Assembly (NCBI GenBank): GCA_965203035.1
Contig: OZ241858.1
Location: forward strand, 2,604,838-2,668,837
Length of the DNA stretch: 64,000 bases
Source of the DNA: Candidatus Spongiisocius sp.
Lineage (GTDB): Bacteria > Actinomycetota > Acidimicrobiia > Spongiisociales > Spongiisociaceae
Reading direction: 5' to 3'
Part shown: one piece after another, positions 55,664 through 64,000 of the stretch
How the letters are laid out: the number at the start of each line of letters is the position of its first letter
Numbering within the stretch: the first letter of the stretch is position 1
Position numbers and translations under genes: made by a program
Notes under the pieces: generated by a model
What the model saw: only the letters and a program-made list of their open reading frames with translations
The model's database searches: none
Told to the model about the DNA's origin: nothing

Positions 55664-56081
55664 GGGGCACTCCTTCCTTCAACCGGCGCGCCACCCCGGC
55701 GAAGACCCTTGCCTACCCGTCGCTTAGTAACGGTAAGAAGCATACCACCTTCTAAAACCTCCAGCACGCCACTGCGGCACGTTGGAGAATCATGTGGGAC
55801 CACGACCGGCCCTGCCAAAGCGTGGGGCCGCCCCGGAGAGGGCGGCCCCGCACGGTTCGGCTCTGCTAGGGCGTGTTCACGCTACGCGCGTTCGTTCGCT
55901 ATCGCGGGTCCCGTGGTCGGTCTGTGGGGCGGCGGTGGGATATGGCGCCGCCAGCGGCGTCTATGGCAAGGACTGCTGACGAAGGCGTACCCGCAGGGTA
56001 CGTTGAGGAGGCAGGACGCAGCCAGAGTCGCCGCTGGTGGTCCAGAGCACGCCGACCGCAACACAGACCGACCACGATCAA

Positions 56082-57188
56082 CTACTTCAGTTCGCTCCGG
56101 ACGATCTCGGCGCCGGAGACCATCGCGTGGAGCTTGTCCTGGGCGATGTAGCGCTGCAGCAGGATGAGCCCGCAGTCGGTGGTGACGCCGAGCTGGTTGG
56201 CCGGCACGTGCTCGAGCAGTCTCCGGATCCGCCCGGCGACCTGCTCCGCCGTCTCGGTGATGGTCGACTTGACGTCGATCACACCGGCCCAGAACTGGAC
56301 GTTCTCGGGTACCGGATTGTCGCGGATCACTTCGAGGCCGGACAGGTCATCCGAGCGCCGCCCGCAGTTCTCGAGGTTGAGAACACTGATGTTGGCCTCG
56401 TAGGACTTGGGCACCACGGAGGCGGTCGCGGATGGCTCGTCGCCCTCCCGGATGGTCAGATCGAAGATCTCACCGGCGCCGGCCGTATCGTCCGGGAAGT
56501 AGGCGGGGGTGCCGCCCCAGTTGCCCCAACAGATGTGGACGATGATCTTGGCGTTCTGGACACCTTCCACAGCCCGGTTGAAGGCCTCGATGGCCCAGGG
56601 TTCGTAGAAGTACGGCCAGGTGAACTCGTCCAGCTGGATGAAGTCGATCCCCATGGCGTCGACCTCCAGGATGTCCTCGTTCACGGCCGCGGCGATGGCC
56701 ATGGCCCGATCCTCGGCGGCCTCGTAGTGGAGATCGTTGGTGGCCTGGGCGAGGACCTGGATGCCGGTGTACTGGACCTTGGTGGCCTTGTTCGTGGCCT
56801 GCTTCAGGGCCCGGGCCTGCTCGACCATGATGGCGCCCCGCCGCTTGACCTCCTGGGTGAGCGTGCCGGCATGGAGGCGGCTGTAGATCGGGAAGCCCAG
56901 GAAGCCGCCCTTCAGGTCGTATCCCAACCGCTTGTAGTAGTAGTAGAGAGCCTGATCGGCGTAGTTGTCGCCGTGGAGCCGCCCATCGGTGATGATGTCG
57001 AGACCGGCGTTCTCCTGGTCCCTGGCAAGCGCTCCCACCGCGTCTTCCAACGCTTCCCGGATGTAGGCATCCGGCGGCTCCTGGTCCCCCGTCCAGTCCC
57101 GTACGCAGTTGGCGTCCCACCACCTCGGGTTCGGATAGTTCCCGACCATCGAAGTCGGAATCAATACCTCTTCACCTTTGATCTGCAC
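56082..57188 (-). CDS. cobalamin-independent methionine-synthase-like (MetE C-terminal / UROD-fold) methyltransferase
   Basis: 368 aa carrying only the single catalytic-type domain. Zn-ligand-like motifs are IVHICWGNW and TTDCGL. Confidence 0.8.
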   Translation of the reverse strand: MQIKGEEVLIPTSMVGNYPNPRWWDANCVRDWTGDQEPPDAYIREALEDAVGALARDQENAGLDIITDGRLHGDNYADQALYYYYKRLGYDLKGGFLGFPIYSRLHAGTLTQEVKRRGAIMVEQARALKQATNKATKVQYTGIQVLAQATNDLHYEAAEDRAMAIAAAVNEDILEVDAMGIDFIQLDEFTWPYFYEPWAIEAFNRAVEGVQNAKIIVHICWGNWGGTPAYFPDDTAGAGEIFDLTIREGDEPSATASVVPKSYEANISVLNLENCGRRSDDLSGLEVIRDNPVPENVQFWAGVIDVKSTITETAEQVAGRIRRLLEHVPANQLGVTTDCGLILLQRYIAQDKLHAMVSGAEIVRSELK

Positions 57189-57382
57189 ATCCCCTCCATT
57201 CGAGAGAGAGATTCACGAGCCGCCCTTAGTTAGGTCCTGCGACCCGTGCTGCGGGTCCTGCGCGCCTCCTTTATTGGACGATGGGTACCAGTCCGGACCC
57301 TTATGTGACGAGGGTAGCAAAGTGCGGAATACCGGATCGGGTCGCGCCGAGCCCCGGTACCTCATCGATCCCGGATGGTCGG

Positions 57383-58123
57383 TCAACGCAGGGACCAGCC
57401 GCCGTCCACGACGAGCCCGTGGCCGGTCATGTATGAGAGGTTGCCCGACGCGAGGAGGACGATGGCCTCGGCGATGTCCTCGGGCTGGGCGACCCGGCCG
57501 AGGGGGATGCCGGCCTCGATGGCTGCCCTGAGGTCGGGCTGGTCGAGCCGCCATTTCGTCATCGGCGTCTCCGCCATCCCAGGACACACCGCGTTGGACC
57601 GGATACCGTCACCGGCGTAGTCGAGGGCTATCGACCGGGCCAGCAGCAGGGCCGCCGCCTTGGAGACCGAATACGCCGACCGGGCCGGGAACGGGTCCAT
57701 CCCCGCCACCGATGCCACGGTGATTATGTGCCCGGACCGGCGGGGAACCATCGATGAGAGGGCCGCACGCGAACACAGGTAGGCACCCCTCACGTTGACC
57801 CCCATGACCCGGTCCCACTCGTCGACCGGAGTCTCGTGGAGGCGGGTGGCTTCCAGGGAGCCGGTGATCCCGGCGTTGTTGATCAGCACGTCGACCGGAC
57901 CCAGTGTCTCCTCCACGGCGCCGAAAGCCTCAGAGACGTCGCCTGCCACGGCTATGTCCACTCCCAACCCGAGTCCGTCGCCCGCCGCTTCGGAGGCGCC
58001 GGCGGCGTCGAGGTCGAACACGCCCAGCCGGAACCCCTCGCTCCTAAGGCGCTCGCATGTCGCCAGCCCTATACCCGACCCACCTCCGGTCACCACAGCC
58101 ACCCTTGGCGCCTGGTTCGCCAT
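57383..58123 (-). CDS. short-chain dehydrogenase/reductase
   Basis: The start MANQAPRVAVVTGGGSGIG at 58123 has GGAGG 7 nt upstream. YSVSKAA matches YxxxK. The 389-aa track ORF is over-extended. Confidence 0.9.
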   Translation of the reverse strand: MANQAPRVAVVTGGGSGIGLATCERLRSEGFRLGVFDLDAAGASEAAGDGLGLGVDIAVAGDVSEAFGAVEETLGPVDVLINNAGITGSLEATRLHETPVDEWDRVMGVNVRGAYLCSRAALSSMVPRRSGHIITVASVAGMDPFPARSAYSVSKAAALLLARSIALDYAGDGIRSNAVCPGMAETPMTKWRLDQPDLRAAIEAGIPLGRVAQPEDIAEAIVLLASGNLSYMTGHGLVVDGGWSLR

Positions 58124-58237
58124 CCATACCTCCAGACAGAATCGAGATCCCACAGGATACGTCCGCGCGCCCATGACGAACCACATGACGGGCAGGCACG
58201 ACCCGCCAGGGCCGCGCCGCGACCCTCCCCGTTTACC

Positions 58238-59734
58238 ATGGCCGCCCAGATGACCCCGCCCCGAGCCGTCGCTTCCTTGCGGTCCCTCGTTCTTCCCCGT
58301 CTCGGCTGGATCGTGGCCTCGCTGATCGCCCTGACGGTGCTCGTGGCCTGGTTGCCCGACCTGGATCTCCCTCTCGGCGACAGTGATGACGGACGGCTTC
58401 TCGCCCGCTTCGGCTTGGCGGCCCGCAACTTCTGGGAACTCGGACCGCTCGAGTCCGGTCTCGGCGCCCGCGTCGATCCGTACATCCGGGGCGAGTACGG
58501 GATCGAACCGGGGGCGGCAGCCCCTGTGGAGGCCACGACCTACGCCCACCACCCACCGCTCCAGGTCTTCCTGGCGATCCTCTCGGTCGGGATGATGGGA
58601 GACAGCCCGGTCTCGCAGCGCATCGTGGGCTTCCTGATCGGGGCGGCGACGGTGCTGTTCATGGCCGCTTTGGGCCGGTCCGTAGGCATGAGCTGGGGTC
58701 CGATACTCCTAGCCACGGGCGCCATGGCCGCCACCGGGTTCTTCTTCGTTTACGCAAGGATGGGCGGGGGCTTCTCGCTGATCGCGGCCTCCCTCGCCAT
58801 GGTCGCGTACCTGCGGAAAGTGGACAACCCACCCAGGTGGATCCTGCCGGTCGCGGCGGTCCTGTCCTTCGTCACGGCCATGCAGTCCTGGATAGCAATC
58901 GCCGCGCTGGGCCTGGCCGTAATCTGGCTGTTCACCGCCAAGCGCACGGCGGCGGCCACCCGGTGGGTGGCGTGCGGCGCCATCGCAGGCTTGGCAGTCA
59001 CCGGGATATGGCTCCTGGCCAACACCCCCACCGACGAGTTGGCCAGACAGGTGACCACCCGGGTCGACACCGCCGACTACACGATGGGAGAGTTCCTCGC
59101 CCGCCAGTGGCGCCTCGCAGGAGAGCTGACCCCCGTGTGGTTACGCGCCCTGGCCCCCTTCGCTCTGGTCGCCGGCCTAATGGATCGCCGCACCCGGATA
59201 CCGGTGGCCATCACGCTGGCAGTGGCGGCCGCCTTGACGTTCGGGACGAGCCAGGGCGCCTGGGTTCACCGCCTCTGGAACTTCCCCTGGCTGGCCCCGG
59301 TCACCATCGGGACCATCGCCCTCGGCGACATGGTGCGGCGAAGGATCAACCACCGTTGGGCCGCGGTCCTCGGCGCGGCGGGTGCGATCGTGGTGGCAGT
59401 CACGTTCTACGGTCTCTTCCACGGACCGACCCGGGACTCATACCTGCTGGCACCCGCCCGGGCAGGCGCCATCGTCGCCCAGGCACAGGCGCCGGAGGGA
59501 ATCATGTGGGTGACCCCCGGCATCCCGGCGCCCCGCTGGGTCTCCTACTACCTGGACGTCCCGGTTTGGACGATCGCGGAGCGCTACGCCGACCGGGTCG
59601 GCCCGGACGACCTCGTGCTGGCGCGCACCGACAGGAACCTGGATGGGATCGTCCTCCCCGAGGACTCCATACTCGAGGACGGGCGCTACCGGTTGGTGGA
59701 TGGCGGCCTGATCGAGGACCCCGGCGAGTCCTGA
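58238..59734 (+). CDS. polytopic membrane protein, ArnT/PMT-like GT-C glycosyltransferase candidate
   Basis: From ATG 58238 the product is 498 aa with about 11 hydrophobic segments. An acidic first loop (LPLGDSDDGR) and a C-terminal soluble tail are present. The 632-aa track ORF is over-extended. Confidence 0.6.
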   Translation: MAAQMTPPRAVASLRSLVLPRLGWIVASLIALTVLVAWLPDLDLPLGDSDDGRLLARFGLAARNFWELGPLESGLGARVDPYIRGEYGIEPGAAAPVEATTYAHHPPLQVFLAILSVGMMGDSPVSQRIVGFLIGAATVLFMAALGRSVGMSWGPILLATGAMAATGFFFVYARMGGGFSLIAASLAMVAYLRKVDNPPRWILPVAAVLSFVTAMQSWIAIAALGLAVIWLFTAKRTAAATRWVACGAIAGLAVTGIWLLANTPTDELARQVTTRVDTADYTMGEFLARQWRLAGELTPVWLRALAPFALVAGLMDRRTRIPVAITLAVAAALTFGTSQGAWVHRLWNFPWLAPVTIGTIALGDMVRRRINHRWAAVLGAAGAIVVAVTFYGLFHGPTRDSYLLAPARAGAIVAQAQAPEGIMWVTPGIPAPRWVSYYLDVPVWTIAERYADRVGPDDLVLARTDRNLDGIVLPEDSILEDGRYRLVDGGLIEDPGES

Positions 59735-59805
59735 CCCAACCCGCCTCCCACAACCAACTCGGACTGCCGGTGTCCGGGCTCATCCCAAGGCGTAGGATTA
59801 ACGCT

Positions 59806-60573
59806 ATGAAACTAAGAGGACGCGCCGCCCTCATCACCGGCGCCGGGTCGGGCATAGGCAGGGCCACCGCCGAACTGTTCGCGAGCGAGGGTGCCGGCGT
59901 TGCGATACTCGATCGCGACGCATCGGCTGCCGGAGCAACTGCCTCGGCCATCTCGGCCACGGGCGCGGAGGCCCATCCGGTAGTTGCAGACGTATCCTCA
60001 TCGGAGGAGATCTCCCACGCCGTGGCAAGCGCCACCCGGCTCCTCGGTCGCCTCGACATCGTCTACAACAACGCCGGCGTCGGCTCCACCGGTTCGGTGG
60101 TGGACGCCACCGAGGAGGACTGGGATCGCTGCTTCGCCGTCAACGCGAAAGGCACCTACCTCACGTCGCAGGCCGCCATTCCTCATCTGGAAGCAGCCGG
60201 CGGGGGGTCGATCATCAACCAGGCGTCCGTAGCCGCCCTGGTCGGTATCCAGGGGTTCGCCGCCTACTGCGCCGCCAAGGGTGCGGTGGTCTCCCTCACC
60301 CGCGCCATGGCGATCGACCTTGCTCCGATGGGGATCCGGGTTAACGCCCTCTGCCCGGGCACCGTCTACACGCCGCTCATGGAACCGCTCATGCGTGAAC
60401 GCGGAGGCGGGAGTATCGAGCGTGGCCTGGAGATCACGGCCGCCAAGTACCCGATAGGGCGCCTCGGAACGCCTGTGGAGATAGCCAACGCCGCGCTGTT
60501 CCTGGCATCGGATGACGCCAGCTTCGTCACCGGCACCGTCTTCACGGTGGATGGCGGCATGACCGCCCAGTAG
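59806..60573 (+). CDS. short-chain dehydrogenase/reductase
   Basis: MKLRGRAALITGAGSGIGRA, with NNAG and YCAAKGA (YxxxK). Confidence 0.9.
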   Translation: MKLRGRAALITGAGSGIGRATAELFASEGAGVAILDRDASAAGATASAISATGAEAHPVVADVSSSEEISHAVASATRLLGRLDIVYNNAGVGSTGSVVDATEEDWDRCFAVNAKGTYLTSQAAIPHLEAAGGGSIINQASVAALVGIQGFAAYCAAKGAVVSLTRAMAIDLAPMGIRVNALCPGTVYTPLMEPLMRERGGGSIERGLEITAAKYPIGRLGTPVEIANAALFLASDDASFVTGTVFTVDGGMTAQ

Positions 60574-60675
60574 GAGGGTGCTGAAAAATGTCCGGTTGGC
60601 CCGACACGTCAGCAACGAAGACCCTGCTCGATCCATCCCCGGCCAACCCATCCCCGTCTTTTTCAGCACCCTCCT
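60572..60675. repeat. 104-nt intergenic element bounded by perfect 17-bp inverted repeats
   Basis: aggagggtgctgaaaaa (60572-60588) pairs with tttttcagcaccctcct (60659-60675). A nested ggttggcc (60594-60601) / ggccaacc (60641-60648) pair lies inside. Confidence 0.8.
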
Positions 60676-60687
60676 GGAACCGCCCCG

Positions 60688-61602
60688 ATGCCGGTACACC
60701 TCGCGCCTGACAAGCTGGCCGACCTCGATACCGCGGTCGCGATGGTGCAACCCGGCTCGATGGTGGCACTGGGGGGAGGCCTCTCGGCCCGGCTTCCGAT
60801 GGCGCTGGTCCGGGGGTTGATCAGGGCCGGGATCGGAGACCTCCATGTGGTCGGTTCCGCCCACTCCATCGACGTGGACCTGCTGGCCGCGGCCGGAGCG
60901 ATCTCGATCTGCGAGGAGAGCTACGTGGGCTACGAGCAGGATCACGGTCTGGCGCCGGCCTTCCGGAGAGCGGCTCAGGAGGGGCTGCTCGAAGCAAGGG
61001 AGAGCTGCTGCGACACCATCCTCACCCAGCTCCGGGCCGCCGAGATGGGCCTTTCCTTCCTTCCCGTCCAAGGCGTCAAGGGGACCGACATCGAGAGGCT
61101 GCATCCCGAGTACTCCCGGGTGACCTGTCCCCTCACCGGGCACGAGTACGTGGCCGTGCCGCCCCTGGCGCCGGACGCGGCGGTGGTCCACGCCCCCATC
61201 GGTGATCGTCGGGGGAACCTCCACTTCGAGCAGCCCTACGTCCTCGACGAACGGTTCGCCATAGCCTCTGCCATGACGATCGCCACCGTCGACCGGATCG
61301 TCTCCACCGAAGAGGTGGCGGCGGCGGGCATCGTCATCCCGTACTACCGGGTCGCGGCGGTGGTAGAGGCGCCGTTCGGCGCCCATCCCAGCTCCTGCTA
61401 TCCCGGCTACGCGTACGACCGGGCTCATCTGGCCACGTGGGTGGCCGCCGCCCGGACGGCGGAAGGCGCGGAGAGCTACCTGCGCCGCTACGTCACCGGG
61501 GTAGACGAGGACGGCTACCGCCGGCTGATCGGCGCCGACCGGCTGGAGCATCTGACCAGCTATCGGGCTTCCGACGGCGCATGGATGGAGATGTTCCGGT
61601 GA
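60688..61602 (+). CDS. CoA-transferase, subunit A-like (glutaconate/3-oxoacid CoA-transferase family)
   Basis: 304 aa beginning AVAMVQPGSMVALGGGLSARLPMALVRGLIRAG, with the family I CoA-transferase alpha pattern. Confidence 0.8.
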   Translation: MPVHLAPDKLADLDTAVAMVQPGSMVALGGGLSARLPMALVRGLIRAGIGDLHVVGSAHSIDVDLLAAAGAISICEESYVGYEQDHGLAPAFRRAAQEGLLEARESCCDTILTQLRAAEMGLSFLPVQGVKGTDIERLHPEYSRVTCPLTGHEYVAVPPLAPDAAVVHAPIGDRRGNLHFEQPYVLDERFAIASAMTIATVDRIVSTEEVAAAGIVIPYYRVAAVVEAPFGAHPSSCYPGYAYDRAHLATWVAAARTAEGAESYLRRYVTGVDEDGYRRLIGADRLEHLTSYRASDGAWMEMFR

Positions 61603-62408
61603 GCTATCGATTCGGTCTTGACGAGCTCTTCGTGGCCGAGCTCGCCCGAACCGTCCGGGATGCCGAGGTTGTCTTCCACGGCTTCGGTAGCCCGTGCGCC
61701 ACGGTCGCCATGCACCTCGCCAAACGCACCCATGCCCCGAATGCCCTGCTGATCGAGGGCGCCACCTACGCGGTCAACCCCTCTCCCGCATTCATCCCAC
61801 CCACCAGCAACGACCACTCCCTGAAGCGCGGAGCGGCCTACTCGATGCGCTTCGAGGAGGCGTTCGACATGTCGGTCCGAGGCGACGTGGACCACATGTT
61901 CCTATCGGGACTCCAGATCGACTCCTACGGGAACACCAACGTCACCGCGGTGGGCACGATGCCCCGCCCGAAGGTGAAGCTGGGTGGAGGGGGCGGCGGA
62001 TGCAACATGTCGGCCACCATCAAACGGCTCACCCTGTGGACCACCAACCACCGGTCGGGGCGGTGCCTGGTCGAGAAGTGCGACTTCATCACGGACATCG
62101 GCCACCTGACCCCGGAGGGGACCCGGTCCGAGCTCGGCTACACCGGAAGCGGCCCCGAGGTGCTTGTCACCGAACTGGCTGTGTTCGACTACCCCGAGGG
62201 TCGGGCCCGGCTCCGGAGGCTGTTTCCCGATGTGACACTCGGCGACGTGACCGCCGCCACCGGCTTCGAGTTCGCCGTGGCGCCCGATCTGGCAACCGTG
62301 GATACGCCTTCCCGGCACCAGATCGAACTGGTGAGGGCCATCGATCCCCTCAACGTACGCCGGCGGGAGTTCGGCCCTGCCGAGCTTGAGCGGACCTTCT
62401 CCCTATGA
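61599..62408 (+). CDS. CoA-transferase, subunit B-like
   Basis: The GTG at 61599 overlaps the subunit A stop (GTGA). The 269-aa product contains GFGSPCATVAMHLAK ... LSGLQIDSYGNTN. Confidence 0.75.
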   Translation: MSYRFGLDELFVAELARTVRDAEVVFHGFGSPCATVAMHLAKRTHAPNALLIEGATYAVNPSPAFIPPTSNDHSLKRGAAYSMRFEEAFDMSVRGDVDHMFLSGLQIDSYGNTNVTAVGTMPRPKVKLGGGGGGCNMSATIKRLTLWTTNHRSGRCLVEKCDFITDIGHLTPEGTRSELGYTGSGPEVLVTELAVFDYPEGRARLRRLFPDVTLGDVTAATGFEFAVAPDLATVDTPSRHQIELVRAIDPLNVRRREFGPAELERTFSL

Positions 62409-64000
62409 CCCTCGACTCGTTTTTCGAACCGGCGCGCGTCGCCGTCGTAGGGGCGTCTGACCGTCCCGGCAAGGTCGGTTCGGTTATCTGGAAGAACCTG
62501 GCGGACTTTGACGGCGAGGTCATCCCCGTAACCACTTCGGCGGACCGCGTCGGGGGCGTGCGGTCGGTCCCGAGCCTGGCCGAGATAGAGGGGAAGGTCG
62601 ACCTGGCGATCCTGGTCGTGCCCGCCCGGGCGGCGCCGGTCATCGCCCGCCAGGCCGCCGCCAAGGGAGTGGGCGGGATCGTGGTACTCGCGGGAGGGTT
62701 CGCCGAGACCGGGCCGGCCGGGGCCGCCCTCCAGGCCGAGCTGGTCGAGGCGGCCGGTCCGGTCCGGATCGTCGGACCCAACTGCTTCGGTATCCAGAAC
62801 ATCGCACGAGGCCTCAATGCGTCCATCACGATGGCAGGTGAGATCGAGGCGGGGCAGGTAGCCCTGGTCACTCAGTCGGGCGCGTACGGGATGGCGATCC
62901 ACTCGCTGGCGCTGGACGAGAACCTGCGCTTCGGAAAGGTGTATTCATCCGGCAACAAGGCCGACATCGGCGACCACGAGGTCATCCGCTACTTCCATGA
63001 GGATCCCGGCACCGGCATCGTCTGCCTGCTGGCGGAGTCGGTGACTGACGGGGCCGAACTGGCCGCGGCCATCCGGGCTGCCAGCCCGACCATGCCGGTG
63101 ATCGTCACCAAGACCGGTCGGTCGGAGGCCGGGGCTCGAGCGGCACTGTCCCACACCGGGGCGCTTGGCACTGACGACGCCGTGTTCCGGGCCGCCATGG
63201 GCCAGGCCGGGGCGATCACCGTCCGGTCTGGTCTGGAGATGCTCGACGTGGCGCGGGTGCTGGCCACCCAGCCCCTGCCGCAAGGCAATCGGGCGGCCAT
63301 CATCACCAACTCGGGCGGGGTGGGTGTCGAGCTGGCCGACATGCTCGAGGACGAGGGCATGGAGGTCCCCGAATTGTCGCCCGGCCTCAGGGATCGCATC
63401 GCCGAACGCCTGCCCCCGATCGGCAGCGCCCGCAACCCGGTGGACATGACTCCCATCTGGTCACGGTTCGCCGAGCTCTACCCGTGGTTGACCGCCACGC
63501 TGGCCCGCTCCGGCGAGGTGGATCTGGTGATCCCGGTCCTGCTCCAGCGAGCCGCCATGGACGAGGCCACTCTGGTCGCGCTGCGGGACACCGTGGCGGA
63601 GCTGAGGGCCGGGGGAAACCGGGTACCTGTCTACTGCTGCTGGGTGACCCCTAGAGAGGGTCGCGGCATGGCCGGGATGCTCCAGTCGGCGGGGATTCCC
63701 TGCCTGGAGTGGCCGGAGCGCGTAGCTCGAGCCGTCGGGCACGCGGTGCGCTACGCCGCCAAGCGCGGGAGCATCACCCCGCCGGGGCGGGTGGAACCCG
63801 CCGAACCCATCGGCCTGGCGGACGGACCGGTCCCCGCCACCGGAGCCGCCCGTGTCCTGGCCGGCTACGGGATCAGCACCGTCGAGAGCACGTTGTGCAC
63901 CACCGCGGACGCAACTCGAGCGGCGGCGGAGCGCCTGGCGGGACCGGTGGTGATGAAGACCGCCGTCCCCTCCGTCGCTCATCGGGCCGAGGTCGACGGG
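62405..64000 (+). CDS. ADP-forming acyl-/acetyl-CoA synthetase (fused CoA-binding + ATP-grasp), 3'-truncated by window edge
   Basis: Absent from the ORF track because there is no stop in the window. ATG 62405 overlaps the upstream stop (ATGA). The translation is MTLDSFFEPARVAVVGASDRPGKVG..IVGPNCFGI..LSHTGALGTDD..VVMKTAVPSVAHRAEVDG. Confidence 0.85.
   Translation, partial: MTLDSFFEPARVAVVGASDRPGKVGSVIWKNLADFDGEVIPVTTSADRVGGVRSVPSLAEIEGKVDLAILVVPARAAPVIARQAAAKGVGGIVVLAGGFAETGPAGAALQAELVEAAGPVRIVGPNCFGIQNIARGLNASITMAGEIEAGQVALVTQSGAYGMAIHSLALDENLRFGKVYSSGNKADIGDHEVIRYFHEDPGTGIVCLLAESVTDGAELAAAIRAASPTMPVIVTKTGRSEAGARAALSHTGALGTDDAVFRAAMGQAGAITVRSGLEMLDVARVLATQPLPQGNRAAIITNSGGVGVELADMLEDEGMEVPELSPGLRDRIAERLPPIGSARNPVDMTPIWSRFAELYPWLTATLARSGEVDLVIPVLLQRAAMDEATLVALRDTVAELRAGGNRVPVYCCWVTPREGRGMAGMLQSAGIPCLEWPERVARAVGHAVRYAAKRGSITPPGRVEPAEPIGLADGPVPATGAARVLAGYGISTVESTLCTTADATRAAAERLAGPVVMKTAVPSVAHRAEVDG

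Noticed and set aside
57189-57382. Possible riboswitch (cobalamin or SAM) in the 194-nt leader of the MetE-like gene.
   Set aside because: I looked on the transcribed strand for a B12-box-like element and for SAM-I/SAM-IV core sequences and found none. There are only small hairpins (acccg-tgctg-cgggt) and a repeated gtcctgcg. An Rfam scan would be needed to revisit this.
1-64000. CRISPR arrays, tRNA or rRNA genes, reverse transcriptases/retrons, and prophage structural genes.
   Set aside because: I scanned the intergenic regions and repeats by eye. The only tandem repeats are the 7-mer (1741-1790), the 18-mer (33308-33355) and the promoter arrays, none with spacer-like unique inserts. The only T-arm-like GGTTCGATTCC sequence belongs to the tmRNA. 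A tRNAscan/Infernal run would be the definitive check.

Overview
This is a high-GC chromosomal segment, about two-thirds G+C by eye, and almost entirely coding. Its backbone follows the gene order I know from Mycobacterium and other Actinobacteria:
- proS, ispG, rip/rseP, dxr, cdsA, frr, pyrH ... tsf, rpsB, xerC
- ssrA (tmRNA), smpB, an M23 peptidase, ftsX, ftsE, prfB
- secA, hpf, comF, pmm
- a large envelope-glycan operon, then cofD-cofE (F420), ugd plus an epimerase, and an LCP ligase
- a metabolic block: two fumarate-lyase-superfamily genes, a PLP enzyme, a MetE-like gene, SDRs, a CoA-transferase and an ADP-forming acyl-CoA synthetase

Three non-core inserts interrupt the backbone.
1. About 12.8-20.5 kb, between pdxH and the 3' end of the tmRNA gene. 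It is a patchwork holding a COG1373/DUF4143 ATPase, an SLH-repeat fragment, a strikingly AT-rich orphan secreted protein, a lipoprotein serpin, a decayed DUF4258-like gene with an intact DUF2283 partner, and a frameshifted FAD oxidoreductase.
2. A HEPN/MNT toxin-antitoxin pair between ssrA and smpB.
3. About 26.4-30.6 kb, between prfB and secA. It carries an orphan ORF, a second COG1373/DUF4143 ATPase preceded by four phased TGTAGGATGA repeats, and a 666-aa PLD-nuclease/P-loop NTPase fusion. I cannot assign that fusion to any named system. It is my best candidate for an undescribed, probably defence-type, module.

A second candidate is a tightly ATGA-coupled four-gene operon at 50.6-55.4 kb. 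It encodes an orphan Cys-rich protein, two C-N lyase homologues and an ACC-deaminase-like PLP enzyme.

The ORF track misses several things:
- the tmRNA
- the programmed +1 frameshift in prfB
- partial genes at both window edges
- several tandem or inverted repeat elements

Many long ORFs in the track are antisense shadows or over-extended starts. All family assignments rest on motif recognition by eye; no database search was run.
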